A stretch of 64,000 bases of DNA from an uncultured Chromatiaceae bacterium. GTDB lineage: Bacteria > Pseudomonadota > Gammaproteobacteria > JAADHS01. A model generated the notes under the pieces. It saw only the letters and a program-made list of their open reading frames with translations, did not search any database and had not been told where the DNA came from. Below, one piece after another: positions 51,448 to 62,862 of this stretch. The stretch is taken from assembly GCA_964421045.1 (NCBI GenBank), contig CAYQVF010000010.1:118-64117 (forward strand). The letters are read 5' to 3'. A program made the position numbers and the translations under genes. Position 1 is the first letter of the stretch; each line of letters starts with the position of its first letter.

Positions 51448-52678
51448 GAACCCGGACAGTAATCTGATTGTTGCCCTTGATATAGGGACGTCGAAGGTGG
51501 TTGCCATTGTCGCCGAAGTGGATGAGTTAAATAACATCCATATTATTGGCATTGGCTCTCATCCGTCCTCAGGTTTAAAAAAAGGGGTCGTTGTTAATAT
51601 TGAATCGACCGTGCAGTCTATTCAGCGAGCAATAGAAGAAGCGGAGCTCATGGCCGATTGCAAAATAGGCTCGGTTTACGCGGGTATAGCAGGTAGCCAC
51701 ATTAGAGGTATTAATTCACATGGTAATGTGGCTATACATAATCAGGAGGTGACTCAAGGTGATGTCGACAGGGTGATTGATGCGGCTAGTGCGGTTGCGA
51801 TATCTGCGGATCAAAAAATACTGCATGTACTACCTCAAGAATTTATTATTGATGGGCAAGAAGGCATAAAAGAGCCAATAGGTATGTCTGGAGTGCGTTT
51901 GGATGCAAAAGTACATTTAGTGACGGGCGCTGTCAGTGCGGCACAAAATATTATTAAATGTGTTCGCCGTTGTGGTTTAGATGTTGCCGATATCATTCTC
52001 GAACAACTGGCTTCAGGGTATGCGGTGTTGACAGAAGATGAAAAAGATTTAGGTGTTTGCGTTGTTGATATTGGCGGGGGGACGACGGATATTGCCATAT
52101 TTAAAGAGGGTGCCATTCGTCATACTGCGGTGATTCCCATTGCCGGTGATCAAGTCACTAATGATATTGCGGTCGCATTGCGAACACCGACAAAAAAAGC
52201 GGATGAAATCAAGATTAAATATGCTTGCGCATTAACCCAGTTTGCTGGCGTGGATGAAAGTATCGAAGTCCCGAGTGTGGGGGATCGACCGGTACGACGG
52301 TTAGCTCGTCAAACCTTGGCTGAAGTCGTTGAACCTAGATATGAAGAATTGTTGGCGTTGGTGCATGCAGAGTTGCAGCGTAGTGGCTATGAAGAATTAT
52401 TGGCCGCGGGTGTTGTTATGACAGGTGGGAGTTCGAAGATGGAAGGCGTAATCGAGTTGGCAGAAGAAGTGTTTCATATGCCGGTTAGATTGGGTGTACC
52501 TCAGGGTGTAACGGGATTATCCGAAGTTTTGAGTAATCCAGTGTACGCGACTGGAGTAGGGTTGCTGTATTTTGGTTGTCAACATAAAGGCAAACATGGC
52601 GATGTTGAATCGTTTATGGGAGCGGGTTTTCAAGGTGCTTTAGGACGGATGAGGAATTGGTTTCAGGGTGATCATTAA
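51437..52678 (+). CDS. ftsA: cell division protein FtsA
   Basis: Start reset to 51437 (MVSKNPDSNLIVALDIGTSKV). Actin-like ATPase motifs (DIGGGTTD). Confidence 0.9.
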   Translation: MVSKNPDSNLIVALDIGTSKVVAIVAEVDELNNIHIIGIGSHPSSGLKKGVVVNIESTVQSIQRAIEEAELMADCKIGSVYAGIAGSHIRGINSHGNVAIHNQEVTQGDVDRVIDAASAVAISADQKILHVLPQEFIIDGQEGIKEPIGMSGVRLDAKVHLVTGAVSAAQNIIKCVRRCGLDVADIILEQLASGYAVLTEDEKDLGVCVVDIGGGTTDIAIFKEGAIRHTAVIPIAGDQVTNDIAVALRTPTKKADEIKIKYACALTQFAGVDESIEVPSVGDRPVRRLARQTLAEVVEPRYEELLALVHAELQRSGYEELLAAGVVMTGGSSKMEGVIELAEEVFHMPVRLGVPQGVTGLSEVLSNPVYATGVGLLYFGCQHKGKHGDVESFMGAGFQGALGRMRNWFQGDH

Positions 52679-52746
52679 TATGGTCAATAAGTTTGTAACT
52701 ACGTTAGATAGAAGTAAATATAAAATGGTTAATACGGAGGTGTATT

Positions 52747-53916
52747 ATGTTTGAGTTGATGGATTCTTATTCGCAACACGCGTTAATTAAAGTAGTGGGT
52801 ATTGGCGGAGGAGGTGGGAATGCTGTTGAGCATATGCTGGCAGCAGATATTGAAGGTGTTGAATTTATTACAGCAAATACGGATGCGCAAGCATTAAAAA
52901 ATTCAAGTGCACGGACGGTTTTGCAATTGGGTTCCAATATTACCAAATGTTTGGGTGCGGGTGCCAATCCTGACATTGGTAAACAAGCAGCTCTAGAAGA
53001 CAGGGAGCGAATTGTCGAAGTATTGGAAGGGGCGGATATGGTTTTTATCACTGCCGGTATGGGGGGAGGGACCGGAACAGGTGGTGCGCCCGTCATTGCT
53101 AAAGCAGCTAAGGAAATGGGTATTTTAACCGTGGCTGTAGTGACTAAACCCTTCCCGTTTGAGGGCAAAAAAAGAATGCAGATTGCCGAAGCAGGAATAG
53201 AGGAGCTGGCTCAGTATGTCGATTCTTTAATTACTATTCCTAATGATAAGCTGCTTTCAGTATTGGGTAAAGAAGTGACTTTGCTGGATGCTTTTTCTTC
53301 GGCGAATAATGTTTTGCTCGGAGCCGTGCAGGGTATTGCTGAATTAATAACACGTCCAGGTTTGATTAATGTCGATTTTGCAGATGTCAGAACGGTAATG
53401 TCAGAAATGGGTATGGCGATGATGGGCTCAGGTATGGCGACAGGCGAAGACCGTGCGCGTCGAGCAGCAGAAATGGCAATAGCAAGTCCGCTGTTAGAGG
53501 ACATTAATATCTCTGGAGCCCGAGGTATATTAGTGAATGTGACTGCGGGTCTGGATTTGGCGATCGGAGAATTTGATGAGGTCGGTCATACGGTTAAAGA
53601 GTTTGCTTCTGAAAATGCAACGGTGGTTGTGGGCACCGTTATTGATCCTGAGATGACCGATGAGCTGCGAGTCACGGTTGTGGCAACAGGAATAGGTGCG
53701 GAAGGAGAGTATGAAGAAGCGCCGATTACCTTGGTTCATAATCAATCACCTGATGTGGGGGCTACGGATGTCGATTACAACAACCTTGAGCGTCCAACGG
53801 TGATGCGCAAGCGGGCAGCAGGGGCTGGTGGAGGAGGGCGTTACAATAATAGTACGGCAGAGACCAGTATGGACTATCTGGATATCCCCGCTTTTTTACG
53901 AAGACAAGCAGACTAA
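52747..53916 (+). CDS. ftsZ: cell division GTPase FtsZ
   Basis: Tubulin signature GGGTGTG and T7 loop NVDFADV. Conserved C-terminal peptide DYLDIPAFLRRQAD. Confidence 0.95.
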   Translation: MFELMDSYSQHALIKVVGIGGGGGNAVEHMLAADIEGVEFITANTDAQALKNSSARTVLQLGSNITKCLGAGANPDIGKQAALEDRERIVEVLEGADMVFITAGMGGGTGTGGAPVIAKAAKEMGILTVAVVTKPFPFEGKKRMQIAEAGIEELAQYVDSLITIPNDKLLSVLGKEVTLLDAFSSANNVLLGAVQGIAELITRPGLINVDFADVRTVMSEMGMAMMGSGMATGEDRARRAAEMAIASPLLEDINISGARGILVNVTAGLDLAIGEFDEVGHTVKEFASENATVVVGTVIDPEMTDELRVTVVATGIGAEGEYEEAPITLVHNQSPDVGATDVDYNNLERPTVMRKRAAGAGGGGRYNNSTAETSMDYLDIPAFLRRQAD

Positions 53917-54075
53917 ATAGAGTAGCAGAGCAACAAACGGAGGCTATAATGTAGTAGTTGGCCATGATAAATTAAGGAGTAATTGTAGGTAATTTGCTAG
54001 GCACTGCTCGTTAGCTGTGATAATATGCAGCCGCTATTCTAAAGCGGATTACTCCGTCATATAGGCAATAATGCG

Positions 54076-54990
54076 ATGATCAGACAACGAACATTAAAAA
54101 ATGTTATCAGGGCAACCGGCGTTGGTCTCCATACTGGAGATAAGGTTTATTTAACGCTGCGCCCTGCTGCCCCTGATTCGGGTATTGTTTTTCGTCGGGT
54201 TGATTTAGCTCCGACGGTCGATATTCCGGCTCGGGCAGAAAACGTAGGTGATACACAGCTCTCTACTACACTAATAAAAGATGGGGTGCGTATTTCAACC
54301 GTAGAACATTTACTCTCTGCCCTTGCTGGCTTGGGGATTGACAATGCTTATATCGATTTGAGTGCAGAAGAAGTCCCCATCATGGACGGTAGCGCCGGCC
54401 CATTTGTATTTCTTGTGGAATCGGCGGGTATTATCGAGCAAAATGCGCCTAAACAGTTTATTCGTATAAAAAAATCAGTTGTTGTTAAGGACGGTGACAA
54501 GTGGGCCAGGTTTGATCCGTTTGAAGGTTTTAAGGTAACCTTTGAAATTGATTTCGATCATCCGGCATTTCAAAATAAAAGTAAGCGGGCGAGTGTCGAT
54601 TTTTCTACCACTTCTTTTGTTAAAGAGGTGAGCCGTGCACGAACATTTGGTTTTCTTAAAGATTTAGAATGGCTTAGGGACCGCAGGCTGGCTCTTGGAG
54701 GGAGTTTGGATAACGCCGTCGTTGTAGATGACTTCCGTGTTCTTAACGAAGATGGCTTACGTTACCATGATGAATTTGTAAAACATAAAGTCCTGGATGC
54801 AATAGGGGATTTATATTTGCTGGGGCGCAGTTTGATTGGCGCGTTTAGTGGGCATAAGTCGGGTCACTCGCTGAATAATCGTTTATTACATGACTTGATG
54901 GCGGATAAAAGTGCTTGGGAGTTAGTCACCTTTGAAGAAGAACAAGCCGCTGTTCCCATTTCCTTTGTGCAGCCTTTACCTGCGGCTTGA
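54076..54990 (+). CDS. lpxC: UDP-3-O-acyl-GlcNAc deacetylase LpxC
   Basis: [24 protein letters not shown] conserved LpxC N-terminus, with zinc ligands HKxLD and HxxxH. Confidence 0.95.
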   Translation: MIRQRTLKNVIRATGVGLHTGDKVYLTLRPAAPDSGIVFRRVDLAPTVDIPARAENVGDTQLSTTLIKDGVRISTVEHLLSALAGLGIDNAYIDLSAEEVPIMDGSAGPFVFLVESAGIIEQNAPKQFIRIKKSVVVKDGDKWARFDPFEGFKVTFEIDFDHPAFQNKSKRASVDFSTTSFVKEVSRARTFGFLKDLEWLRDRRLALGGSLDNAVVVDDFRVLNEDGLRYHDEFVKHKVLDAIGDLYLLGRSLIGAFSGHKSGHSLNNRLLHDLMADKSAWELVTFEEEQAAVPISFVQPLPAA

Positions 54991-55011
54991 TTATTAAACT
55001 GCTTTAAATTA

Positions 55012-55052
55012 TGGTAATGGCTCGGGTTGCACCTGAGCCATTACACGTTACC
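55012..55052. terminator. bidirectional stem-loop between convergent lpxC and the DUF721 gene
   Basis: GGTAATGGCTC-GGGTTGCACCT-GAGCCATTAC(A)CGTTACCA forms a 10-bp perfect stem with possible extension. AT-rich flanks. Confidence 0.5.
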
Positions 55053-55069
55053 AATAAATACTATTTGAT

Positions 55070-55519
55070 TTATTTTTCTCCATGTCTGGAAAGTCTGCGT
55101 AATGCCGCAGCCAGGCTCTCATTTGTGACATAATCCGCTAAATTATTTAGCGAGTCTGCCGTATTCTTAGTCATGCTTGCTTTTTGTCGAGTTAATGTTT
55201 CATATCTGTTGTAATTTGGCTTGGTTTTTATAGTGATATTTTTTAATTGAGCGAACTCCGGGTGCACTTTCAAGTCATATTTCATTGCCGGTATATGGAA
55301 GCGCAATTTACTTGACCAAAGAGCAGAATCAACGTGTAAAATCAAGTTGTTTTCTCTATAATTAGCCATTCTGCAGTGCTGAGCCAAATTATTTGGCAGG
55401 CTGTCATGAACAAGCTGTTCTAGTTGCAGGAGTTTTACAGAGTGTTGGACTAACTCGCGAGTAGCAAAACTCTTCTTTTTTAGTAAAAAGCTAATGTGAT
55501 TTGGTTTTGAACGAGACAT
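55070..55519 (-). CDS. DUF721 (DciA-like) protein
   Basis: 149-aa basic protein in the position occupied by a DUF721 gene between lpxC and secA in many non-enteric gammaproteobacteria. Assignment is by context and general composition, with no catalytic motif to check. Confidence 0.5.
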   Translation of the reverse strand: MSRSKPNHISFLLKKKSFATRELVQHSVKLLQLEQLVHDSLPNNLAQHCRMANYRENNLILHVDSALWSSKLRFHIPAMKYDLKVHPEFAQLKNITIKTKPNYNRYETLTRQKASMTKNTADSLNNLADYVTNESLAAALRRLSRHGEK

Positions 55520-55569
55520 ATTTTTTAGCCAGTTATGGTTTTGATTGGGCAGTTAGTTAGAGACTATAT

Positions 55570-56487
55570 ATGAATATTATTTTACTTTCAAAGTCTAATC
55601 GACAGGCACGTACAATTAATTTGCATAGTGGTGTGGCGTTGTTTCTTGTGAGTTTGGTGGTGGCGCTGGCATGTGGTTTGGCCGGGTATTCTATTGCGGG
55701 ATACCAAGCGCAAGTGGCGACGGTATCAGGTGAACATGTTGAGCGCAGTCTTGTTATTGAGCAGCAAGCAATAGTAGAAAAGGCGGTGCGTGAATCACGT
55801 GATGCGGTTAATGCCTTGAATTCGAAGGTAGCGGAAATACAGGCTAAAGCAATTCGTGTGGATGCACTGGGTAAGCGTTTGGTTGATTTGGCTCGCCTAG
55901 AGAAAGGAGAATTTGATTTTGATAGTGTACCCGCGCAGGGTGGGCCTTCAGGAACTTTGCTTGCGGAAGAAGTCGAAGTTGTTGATTTTATAGAAAGTTT
56001 GACGCGACTTTCCAAACAGTTGGAAGACAGGGAAGAGCAGTTGTGGGTATTGGAAACGTTGCTTCTGAATAAAACACTGAAGGATGAGGCCATGCCCGCA
56101 GGTCGCCCCGTGCGTTCGGGCTGGCTGTCTTCTCCTTTTGGTAAACGAACCGACCCTTTTACGGGTAAAAAAGCGAGCCATGAGGGCGTAGACTTTGCAG
56201 GAAAAATGGGTTCGGATATTTTGGTTGTGGCCGGTGGTATTGTGACCTGGTCTGGAGATCGTTATGGATACGGAAAAATGGTTGAAGTCGATCACGGAAA
56301 CGGTTACGTTACTCGTTATGGGCATAATAAGGAAAATTTGGTGGGCGTAGGAGCCACCGTAAAAAAAGGACAAGTGATCGCCCTAATGGGAAGCAGTGGA
56401 CGCTCAACGGGGCCGCATGTACATTTTGAAGTGTTGCACCAAGGACGGCCCGTTAATCCCGAAAAATATGTATGGGTCAAACGTTAG
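55570..56487 (+). CDS. M23-family metallopeptidase with N-terminal TM anchor and coiled coil
   Basis: HEGVDFAG...D...GPHVHFEV matches the HxxxD / HxH zinc-site arrangement of LytM/M23 peptidases. Confidence 0.85.
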   Translation: MNIILLSKSNRQARTINLHSGVALFLVSLVVALACGLAGYSIAGYQAQVATVSGEHVERSLVIEQQAIVEKAVRESRDAVNALNSKVAEIQAKAIRVDALGKRLVDLARLEKGEFDFDSVPAQGGPSGTLLAEEVEVVDFIESLTRLSKQLEDREEQLWVLETLLLNKTLKDEAMPAGRPVRSGWLSSPFGKRTDPFTGKKASHEGVDFAGKMGSDILVVAGGIVTWSGDRYGYGKMVEVDHGNGYVTRYGHNKENLVGVGATVKKGQVIALMGSSGRSTGPHVHFEVLHQGRPVNPEKYVWVKR

Positions 56488-56523
56488 TTTTTCGTTTGTT
56501 CGTGCGTCCTTCATAAAGCCTGT

Positions 56524-56570
56524 ACCTATAGCGATTCAGGTTTGAAGCTGAATCTCAGCCGCTATAGGTA
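56524..56570 (+). promoter_or_regulatory. nested stem-loop in the secA leader
   Basis: CCTATAGCG ... CGCTATAGG outer stem encloses an ATTCAG...CTGAAT inner stem, about 85 nt upstream of the secA ATG. There is no secM-like ORF. Confidence 0.3.
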
Positions 56571-56654
56571 ATAGACGACTCTAACTTACTTTGGTGGCTG
56601 TGACGGGCCTGATTTGCTCCTGCAGTAATAAATAAAGAAGAATTCTATAAATCT

Positions 56655-59384
56655 ATGGGTAATTTTTTAAATCGTATATTTGGTAGTCGAAATGATCGAC
56701 TTATTAAAAAACTGGGTAATCTTGTTGACAGCATTTCTGCGCTTGAAGAAAAAATGGCAGATCTGGATGACGCGGCATTACGAGCTAAAACCGAAGAATT
56801 TCGTCAGCGTCTTGCATCGGGGGAGACCGTAGATGCGCTATTGCCCGAGGCCTTTGCCACAGTAAGAGAGGCGGGCAAGCGGGTGATGGGGATGCGGCAT
56901 TTTGATGTTCAGCTCATCGGTGGCATGGTGTTAAATGATGGAAAAATTGCTGAAATGCGTACGGGGGAAGGTAAAACCCTGGTGGCGACATTACCCGTAT
57001 ATTTGAATGCCTTACCCGGTAGAGGGGTGCATGTTGTGACTGTCAATGATTATTTGGCACGTCGTGATGCGGAATGGATGGGTAAACTGTACGGATTTTT
57101 AGGTATGACCACTGACGTGGTTATCAATGGACAGTCTACGGAAGAGAAGCGAGCGGCTTATGCTGCAGACATCACTTATGGCACCAATAATGAGTTTGGT
57201 TTTGATTATCTACGCGATAACATGGCTTTTAGTACTGAAGACAAGGTGCAGCGAGAGCTTGCTTTTGCTGTCATTGATGAAGTGGATTCCATCCTTATTG
57301 ATGAGGCCAGAACGCCTCTTATTATTTCAGGCCCGACAGATACCAGTTCTAATCTCTATGCGCAAATTAATGAACTCATTCCTCAGCTCGTTTTACAAGA
57401 AGAGGAAGAGGGGCCGGGTGACTATACGTTGGACGAAAAGTCACGACAGGCTCATTTAACCGAAGCGGGGCACGAGCATGTCGAAACTTTGTTTGAAGAG
57501 GCTGGGCTCATAGGAGAAGGCGAAAGTCTTTATGATGTTGGGCATATTACGTTGATGCACTTACTGGATAACGCCTTGCGTGCGAATGCCTTGTTCAAAA
57601 TTGATGACCACTATATCGTTAAAGATGATGAAATTGTTATTGTTGATGAATTTACGGGGCGTACGATGCCCGGTCGACGCTGGTCAGATGGTCTGCATCA
57701 AGCGGTAGAAGCTAAAGAAGGCGTGACGATTCAGCAAGAAAATCAAACGCTGGCCGCGATCACTTTTCAAAACTATTTTCGATTGTATGACAAACTTTCC
57801 GGAATGACGGGTACCGCGGATACAGAAGCTTTCGAGTTTAATTCAATTTATGATTTGGAAGTGGTTGTGATTCCAACTAATAAGGCAATGGCTCGCGATG
57901 ATCGTAGTGATCTGGTTTATCTGAATACGGATGACAAATTCAAAGCCATTGCTGAGGACATTAGAGATTGCCAATCACGAGGGCAGCCGGTTCTGGTCGG
58001 TACCGCGACGATTGAAACATCAGAACTTTTGTCTGAGCTATTGAAAAAGGAAAAAATCAAACATGAAGTGTTGAACGCCAAACAGCATGAGAGAGAAGCT
58101 GACATTGTTGCCATGGCAGGGAGCCCCGGTGCCGTGACCATCGCAACCAATATGGCGGGTCGAGGAACGGATATTGTACTTGGCGGTAATTTGGAAGCTG
58201 AGCTTGCCGCGGCACAAGCTGCAGGTAAAAAAGAGGACGCTTTAGAGTCGATGCGAGTAGCCTGGGAAGAACGGCATCAGCAAGTATTGAAAAGTGGTGG
58301 GCTGCATATTGTAGGCACTGAACGGCATGAATCTCGCCGTATTGATAATCAATTGAGAGGGCGTTCGGGTCGACAAGGTGACGTGGGTTCTTCTCGTTTT
58401 TACCTCTCTTTAGAAGATAGCCTGATGCGTATTTTCGCCTCTGAAAAAGTATCTAAATTAATGCAAAAACTGGGTATGGAAGAAGGCGAAGCCATTGAAC
58501 ATCCCTGGGTGACTAAAGCAATAGAAAATGCGCAACGAAAAGTAGAAGGGCACAACTTCGATATTCGTAAACAATTATTGGAATACGACGATGTGGCCAA
58601 TGATCAAAGAAAAGTAATTTATGAGCAGCGGAATGAGTTAATGGCAGGAGATGATATTTCCGACTCTATCAGCGTGATGCGAGAAGATGTCGTTGCTTCC
58701 TTAATTGATGATTATATTGCCCCGCAAAGTCTGGATGAGCAATGGGATATTCCAGGTCTGGAAAAAGCGTTGGAAACTCAGTTTGAGATTAAAATGGATA
58801 TCTCAGGGTGGTTAGATGCCGATGATGCTTTGCACGAAGAAACGCTACGCCAGAGAATTCTTGATGAAATCGTGGCAGCGTATCAAGAAAAAGAAGATTT
58901 TGCAGGTACTGAGGTCATCAGACACTTTGAAAAGGCGGTGATGTTGCAGGTGTTGGATAGCCAATGGAAAGAACATTTAGCGGCTATGGATCATTTACGT
59001 CAAGGCATACATTTACGGGGTTATGCTCAGAAAAATCCAAAGCAGGAATATAAACGTGAATCTTTCGAAATGTTCACCGAGTTACTTGAAAATATTAAAC
59101 GTGATGTGATCGGAGTTTTATCTAAAGTTGTTGTTAAAGCGGAAGAAGATGTTCAAGCCGTAGAGGAGCAGCGACGGACGACGGTGCCGATGCAATTTGA
59201 GCATGCGACCAGCTCAACGGTTCTGGAGGGTGATGCCGCAGAATCGTCGGGTGAAACCGAGACAAAACGTAGTGCGGAAAGAGCCGAGCCTTATGTGCGG
59301 CAAGGGCGTAAAGTAGGACGCAATGAGCCTTGCCCTTGTGGTTCAGGTAAAAAATATAAACAATGTCATGGTAAGGTGGTCTAG
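56655..59384 (+). CDS. secA: preprotein translocase ATPase SecA
   Basis: 909 aa. Walker A MRTGEGKT and DEAD-like DEVD motors. C-terminal zinc-binding [14 protein letters not shown]. Confidence 0.95.
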   Translation: MGNFLNRIFGSRNDRLIKKLGNLVDSISALEEKMADLDDAALRAKTEEFRQRLASGETVDALLPEAFATVREAGKRVMGMRHFDVQLIGGMVLNDGKIAEMRTGEGKTLVATLPVYLNALPGRGVHVVTVNDYLARRDAEWMGKLYGFLGMTTDVVINGQSTEEKRAAYAADITYGTNNEFGFDYLRDNMAFSTEDKVQRELAFAVIDEVDSILIDEARTPLIISGPTDTSSNLYAQINELIPQLVLQEEEEGPGDYTLDEKSRQAHLTEAGHEHVETLFEEAGLIGEGESLYDVGHITLMHLLDNALRANALFKIDDHYIVKDDEIVIVDEFTGRTMPGRRWSDGLHQAVEAKEGVTIQQENQTLAAITFQNYFRLYDKLSGMTGTADTEAFEFNSIYDLEVVVIPTNKAMARDDRSDLVYLNTDDKFKAIAEDIRDCQSRGQPVLVGTATIETSELLSELLKKEKIKHEVLNAKQHEREADIVAMAGSPGAVTIATNMAGRGTDIVLGGNLEAELAAAQAAGKKEDALESMRVAWEERHQQVLKSGGLHIVGTERHESRRIDNQLRGRSGRQGDVGSSRFYLSLEDSLMRIFASEKVSKLMQKLGMEEGEAIEHPWVTKAIENAQRKVEGHNFDIRKQLLEYDDVANDQRKVIYEQRNELMAGDDISDSISVMREDVVASLIDDYIAPQSLDEQWDIPGLEKALETQFEIKMDISGWLDADDALHEETLRQRILDEIVAAYQEKEDFAGTEVIRHFEKAVMLQVLDSQWKEHLAAMDHLRQGIHLRGYAQKNPKQEYKRESFEMFTELLENIKRDVIGVLSKVVVKAEEDVQAVEEQRRTTVPMQFEHATSSTVLEGDAAESSGETETKRSAERAEPYVRQGRKVGRNEPCPCGSGKKYKQCHGKVV

Positions 59385-59515
59385 GAGGTTGTCCGAAAAT
59401 AGAAATCGTAGCGAGGGTCTCGGTATCCCCATTCGCTCCCGATGAATGGGTATAGGGTAACGGTAATTACATTTATGGGTTTCATAATCCTGGCAGCAAG
59501 GTGAGAGGAAGGCGA

Positions 59516-60715
59516 ATGCAATCTGAGTGGCGACCTGTTGATGGTATACGTTTGGGCGTGACCTCAGCAGGGATTAAAACACCCGGACGTTTAGATCTTG
59601 TTGTTTTTGAGCTGGATGACAATACGGTGACGACAGCGGTTTTCACCAAAAATGCTTTTTGTGCGGCACCGGTCACCGTCGCACGGCAACACTTACAGGC
59701 CGCCGAGCCAAAATACTTTATTATCAATACCGGAAATGCAAATGCGGGAACCGGCAATCAAGGGGTTGACGATGCGTTGGCCTGTTGTGCCGCTTTGGCT
59801 GAACGTGTCGGTGTATTCACGGCAGAAGTCTTGCCCTTTTCCACCGGCGTGATTGGCGAGCCGTTACCCACGGCTAAAATTATATCGGCATTGGATGCGG
59901 CTGTTTCTGGCCGCACAGCCCAAGCCTGGGAATCGGCCGCGACCGGTATTTTGACCACAGATACAGTGCCTAAAGGGTGTTCTCGAACGCTGTGGCTGCA
60001 AGGGCAGCAGGTGACCATTACGGGCATAGCGAAAGGGTCGGGTATGATTCATCCCGATATGGCAACCCTGCTGGCTTTTATTGCGACGGATCTTGTGATT
60101 GATAAAGCATTGTTACATCGCTGTTTGCTGCAGGCGGTAAAAACTTCATTTAATCGTATTTCTGTTGATGGCGATATGTCTACTAATGATGCCTGTACGC
60201 TCTCGGCTACCGGGAAAAGCGGTGTGGTATTGGCGGAAAGCAGTGTCTTAGAAGTTGAGCAATTTCAAGCGGCGTTGACCGACGTTGCCGAAACATTGGC
60301 TCAAGCGCTGGTGCGAGATGGTGAAGGTGCAACTAAATTTGTCACCATTGAAGTGAGTGGCGGGCGAACCTCGGACGAAAGTCTGCGTGTGGCCAAGTCC
60401 GTTGCCAATTCACCTTTGGTCAAAACCGCCCTGTTTGCCTCTGATGCAAACTGGGGACGAATCCTCGCTGCGATTGGCTATGCCGGAGTTGAAAACATTG
60501 ATATGCAAGCGATAAAAGTTAAGCTTGGCGATGTCTGTATCGTCAGAGACGGTGGACGAGCGCCGGACTATCAAGAAGAGCTCGGCCAACAAGAAATGGA
60601 CAAACAGGATATTGTCATCGCCATAGATTTAGCTCGGGGAAACAGCTTCGAACGCGTCTGGACGTGCGATTTTTCGTATGATTATGTTCGAATTAATGCA
60701 GAGTATCGTACTTGA
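59516..60715 (+). CDS. argJ: bifunctional glutamate N-acetyltransferase / amino-acid acetyltransferase ArgJ
   Basis: Start reset to 59516. The ATML autoprocessing site (HPDMATLLAFIATD) is present, with the overall ArgJ alpha/beta chain pattern. Confidence 0.9.
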   Translation: MQSEWRPVDGIRLGVTSAGIKTPGRLDLVVFELDDNTVTTAVFTKNAFCAAPVTVARQHLQAAEPKYFIINTGNANAGTGNQGVDDALACCAALAERVGVFTAEVLPFSTGVIGEPLPTAKIISALDAAVSGRTAQAWESAATGILTTDTVPKGCSRTLWLQGQQVTITGIAKGSGMIHPDMATLLAFIATDLVIDKALLHRCLLQAVKTSFNRISVDGDMSTNDACTLSATGKSGVVLAESSVLEVEQFQAALTDVAETLAQALVRDGEGATKFVTIEVSGGRTSDESLRVAKSVANSPLVKTALFASDANWGRILAAIGYAGVENIDMQAIKVKLGDVCIVRDGGRAPDYQEELGQQEMDKQDIVIAIDLARGNSFERVWTCDFSYDYVRINAEYRT

Positions 60716-60909
60716 TATACCCATGGCGTTATGTTGTCGGTGTTAGCGCGTGTAATGAAGATGACCATTTTGTTGCCGAAGCTATTTCCGGCGCGGATCG
60801 ATATCTTGATTTTACTTTAACGCGGTGTCATTTTTTTCGTAGAAAGCTCAAGCAACTTATCGAGGAAAAACTGAAAATAAAGTGCAGGTGTGTGTGGAAA
60901 TGCCTAAAT

Positions 60910-62862
60910 TCATAACGCCATGGGAATAATGACGGGCATGAAGTCCTGTAATTTTAGATCCGAGTTGTTATTAAGTCGCCAGTTATAAATAGCAGTGAAA
61001 GCCATGACGCTTTCTAAATAGTGACGGGTCTCATCGTAAGGTATGGTTTCTATCCACGCATCGGTATTCATGGCTTGATCATTTGGAAGCCATCGGTGTA
61101 CTCTTGTTATGCCTGCATTGTAAGCTGCGGTGGCTAAAACCGGGTTATTATAGAGACGACTTTTGACGTGACGAAGATAAGCACTGCCTAAGGCTATATT
61201 TTTTTCAGCACTAAGTAAGTCGTACTTGTTGTTGAATTTTGTGTTAATACGCTTGGCAATATATTTTCCCGTTGAGGGCATTAATTGCATGAGTCCCAGC
61301 GCCCCTTTATGAGAACGCGCATCCGAGAGAAAGGCGCTTTCTTGGCGTAAAATACCATATACCCATGCAGGTTCAATATTGTTATAATTCGCTTGATGCT
61401 CAACCATTTTTCGGTAACCTAGAGGGAACCGTAAAGGGACGTTATTCCAGTATTTGGCTTGGGCGGCAGTCAATATGGCTTGGGAGTTCCAGTCCCATTT
61501 TCGGGCTAATTCCGCGGCTCGTGTCGCTTGTTGTTTATTCATAGATCTTCGTGCGAACTCCCACTCACTGCGTGCAGCAACAGTGCGATTTAATGCCAAG
61601 AGCTCTTTAGCTCGGGCGATGGCCGGAATGCGTTCGATGTCCGCAAGTTCTTCATGGTTAAAGGGAATCGGTGTATTCTGCCACGAATAGGGTAAGCCTA
61701 GGCGGTCTGCTGCGAGAAAACCATGGTAGTTGCGAGTTTTGGCCAAATCCGCGTAAATGGGTTTGGCTTCAGTCTCCGCGCCCAGTTCTTCTAATGCGCG
61801 TGCTCGCCAATAGCGCCAACGGTGTTCTTGTTGTTGCTCTGTGGTCAACCAGCCTATTGTAGTGAGCGTTAAGGGCCAGTTTTTGTTTTGAATCGCGCTT
61901 CTGATACGCCATGCTTTACTGCGTACTGTTTCCTGCTCGGGGGGGATGGCAATGAGCCAATTTAGTGCCTTGGGTTCTTTGCGTTGAGCCAGTAAAATAC
62001 CCAGTGTGTTATTAATGTATGCGGACTGTGTGGGTGAAAAATTAAAATGATTATCCAGGCTAGGCCAAATGTTCGTAACTTTCTCCAAATCACGAAATGC
62101 GAGTCGCCGTATACCTTGTGTAAGGATATCGTGGTGAAGTGGGTTTTTGTCAGTAAAATGTTTTTTTTCAATGACGGTGTGTGGTTTTCTATAGGTGTTG
62201 ATCCAGAGCTCAATGGTGTTGCGTTGTGCTTTGTCAAGATTCCGAGTTAAATATCGGGCAAGGCGAAGTTGCCCCTGTTTCATTGCGAGGCTAGCGCGTT
62301 GTAAGATTAGGTCTTGAGTGATGATTCCATTTTTTTTGCCCGCTTCAAAAAGCGGAGTACAGGCATCGGGTTGAGATTTTCCAACCAGCCAGATAGATTT
62401 GATGTTTTCCAGAGCTTTTTGTCTCTGTCCTTGACGTAACAATGCCGAGCGATATTGGCAATCTAATTTGGTGTTTCTGGAGCCGGGGTAGTATTGAATG
62501 AGCTTGTCCCACTGTTTGTGCTGAGCCAGTGATTTAAGCCATTTATATTGTAGTTTTTTTGCTAACGGTGAATTTTGATATTGCGTTACAAAAGTTTGTA
62601 TATCCGATGCTTTAGTGAGGTGGATACGGTAAGCCAAAGATTGATATTCCAGGTAAGGAAACAAGATGTAGTTTTCAATTTTAGCTCGACTTTTTTTGTA
62701 TTTTGTAATGTGTCCTTTTTGTATCGTTTTTTCAGCCATGAGATAAAAAGCACGTTGTTTCTCCAAAGAGCCCGCCTGCGCCATGGTCGAAAAACCGAAT
62801 AAAAAAGCAAAAATCAGGGCAGATTTTAAAATAAGTACACCTTTATGGAGAGCGGTTGTCAT
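60910..62862 (-). CDS. slt: soluble lytic murein transglycosylase (Slt70-like)
   Basis: Start reset to the ATG giving signal peptide MTTALHKGVLILKSALIFAFLFGFSTMAQA. Superhelical N-terminal region, plus a C-terminal SLT domain with catalytic E in LRQESAF and GLMQLMPSTG. Confidence 0.85.
   Translation of the reverse strand: MTTALHKGVLILKSALIFAFLFGFSTMAQAGSLEKQRAFYLMAEKTIQKGHITKYKKSRAKIENYILFPYLEYQSLAYRIHLTKASDIQTFVTQYQNSPLAKKLQYKWLKSLAQHKQWDKLIQYYPGSRNTKLDCQYRSALLRQGQRQKALENIKSIWLVGKSQPDACTPLFEAGKKNGIITQDLILQRASLAMKQGQLRLARYLTRNLDKAQRNTIELWINTYRKPHTVIEKKHFTDKNPLHHDILTQGIRRLAFRDLEKVTNIWPSLDNHFNFSPTQSAYINNTLGILLAQRKEPKALNWLIAIPPEQETVRSKAWRIRSAIQNKNWPLTLTTIGWLTTEQQQEHRWRYWRARALEELGAETEAKPIYADLAKTRNYHGFLAADRLGLPYSWQNTPIPFNHEELADIERIPAIARAKELLALNRTVAARSEWEFARRSMNKQQATRAAELARKWDWNSQAILTAAQAKYWNNVPLRFPLGYRKMVEHQANYNNIEPAWVYGILRQESAFLSDARSHKGALGLMQLMPSTGKYIAKRINTKFNNKYDLLSAEKNIALGSAYLRHVKSRLYNNPVLATAAYNAGITRVHRWLPNDQAMNTDAWIETIPYDETRHYLESVMAFTAIYNWRLNNNSDLKLQDFMPVIIPMAL

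Noticed and set aside
60712-60915. 67-aa Cys-containing ORF filling the gap between convergent argJ and slt
   Set aside because: It overlaps both flanking gene ends and has no recognisable motif. The cysteine spacing does not fit a zinc ribbon I know. Probably non-coding convergent terminator space. It stays a low-probability small protein.
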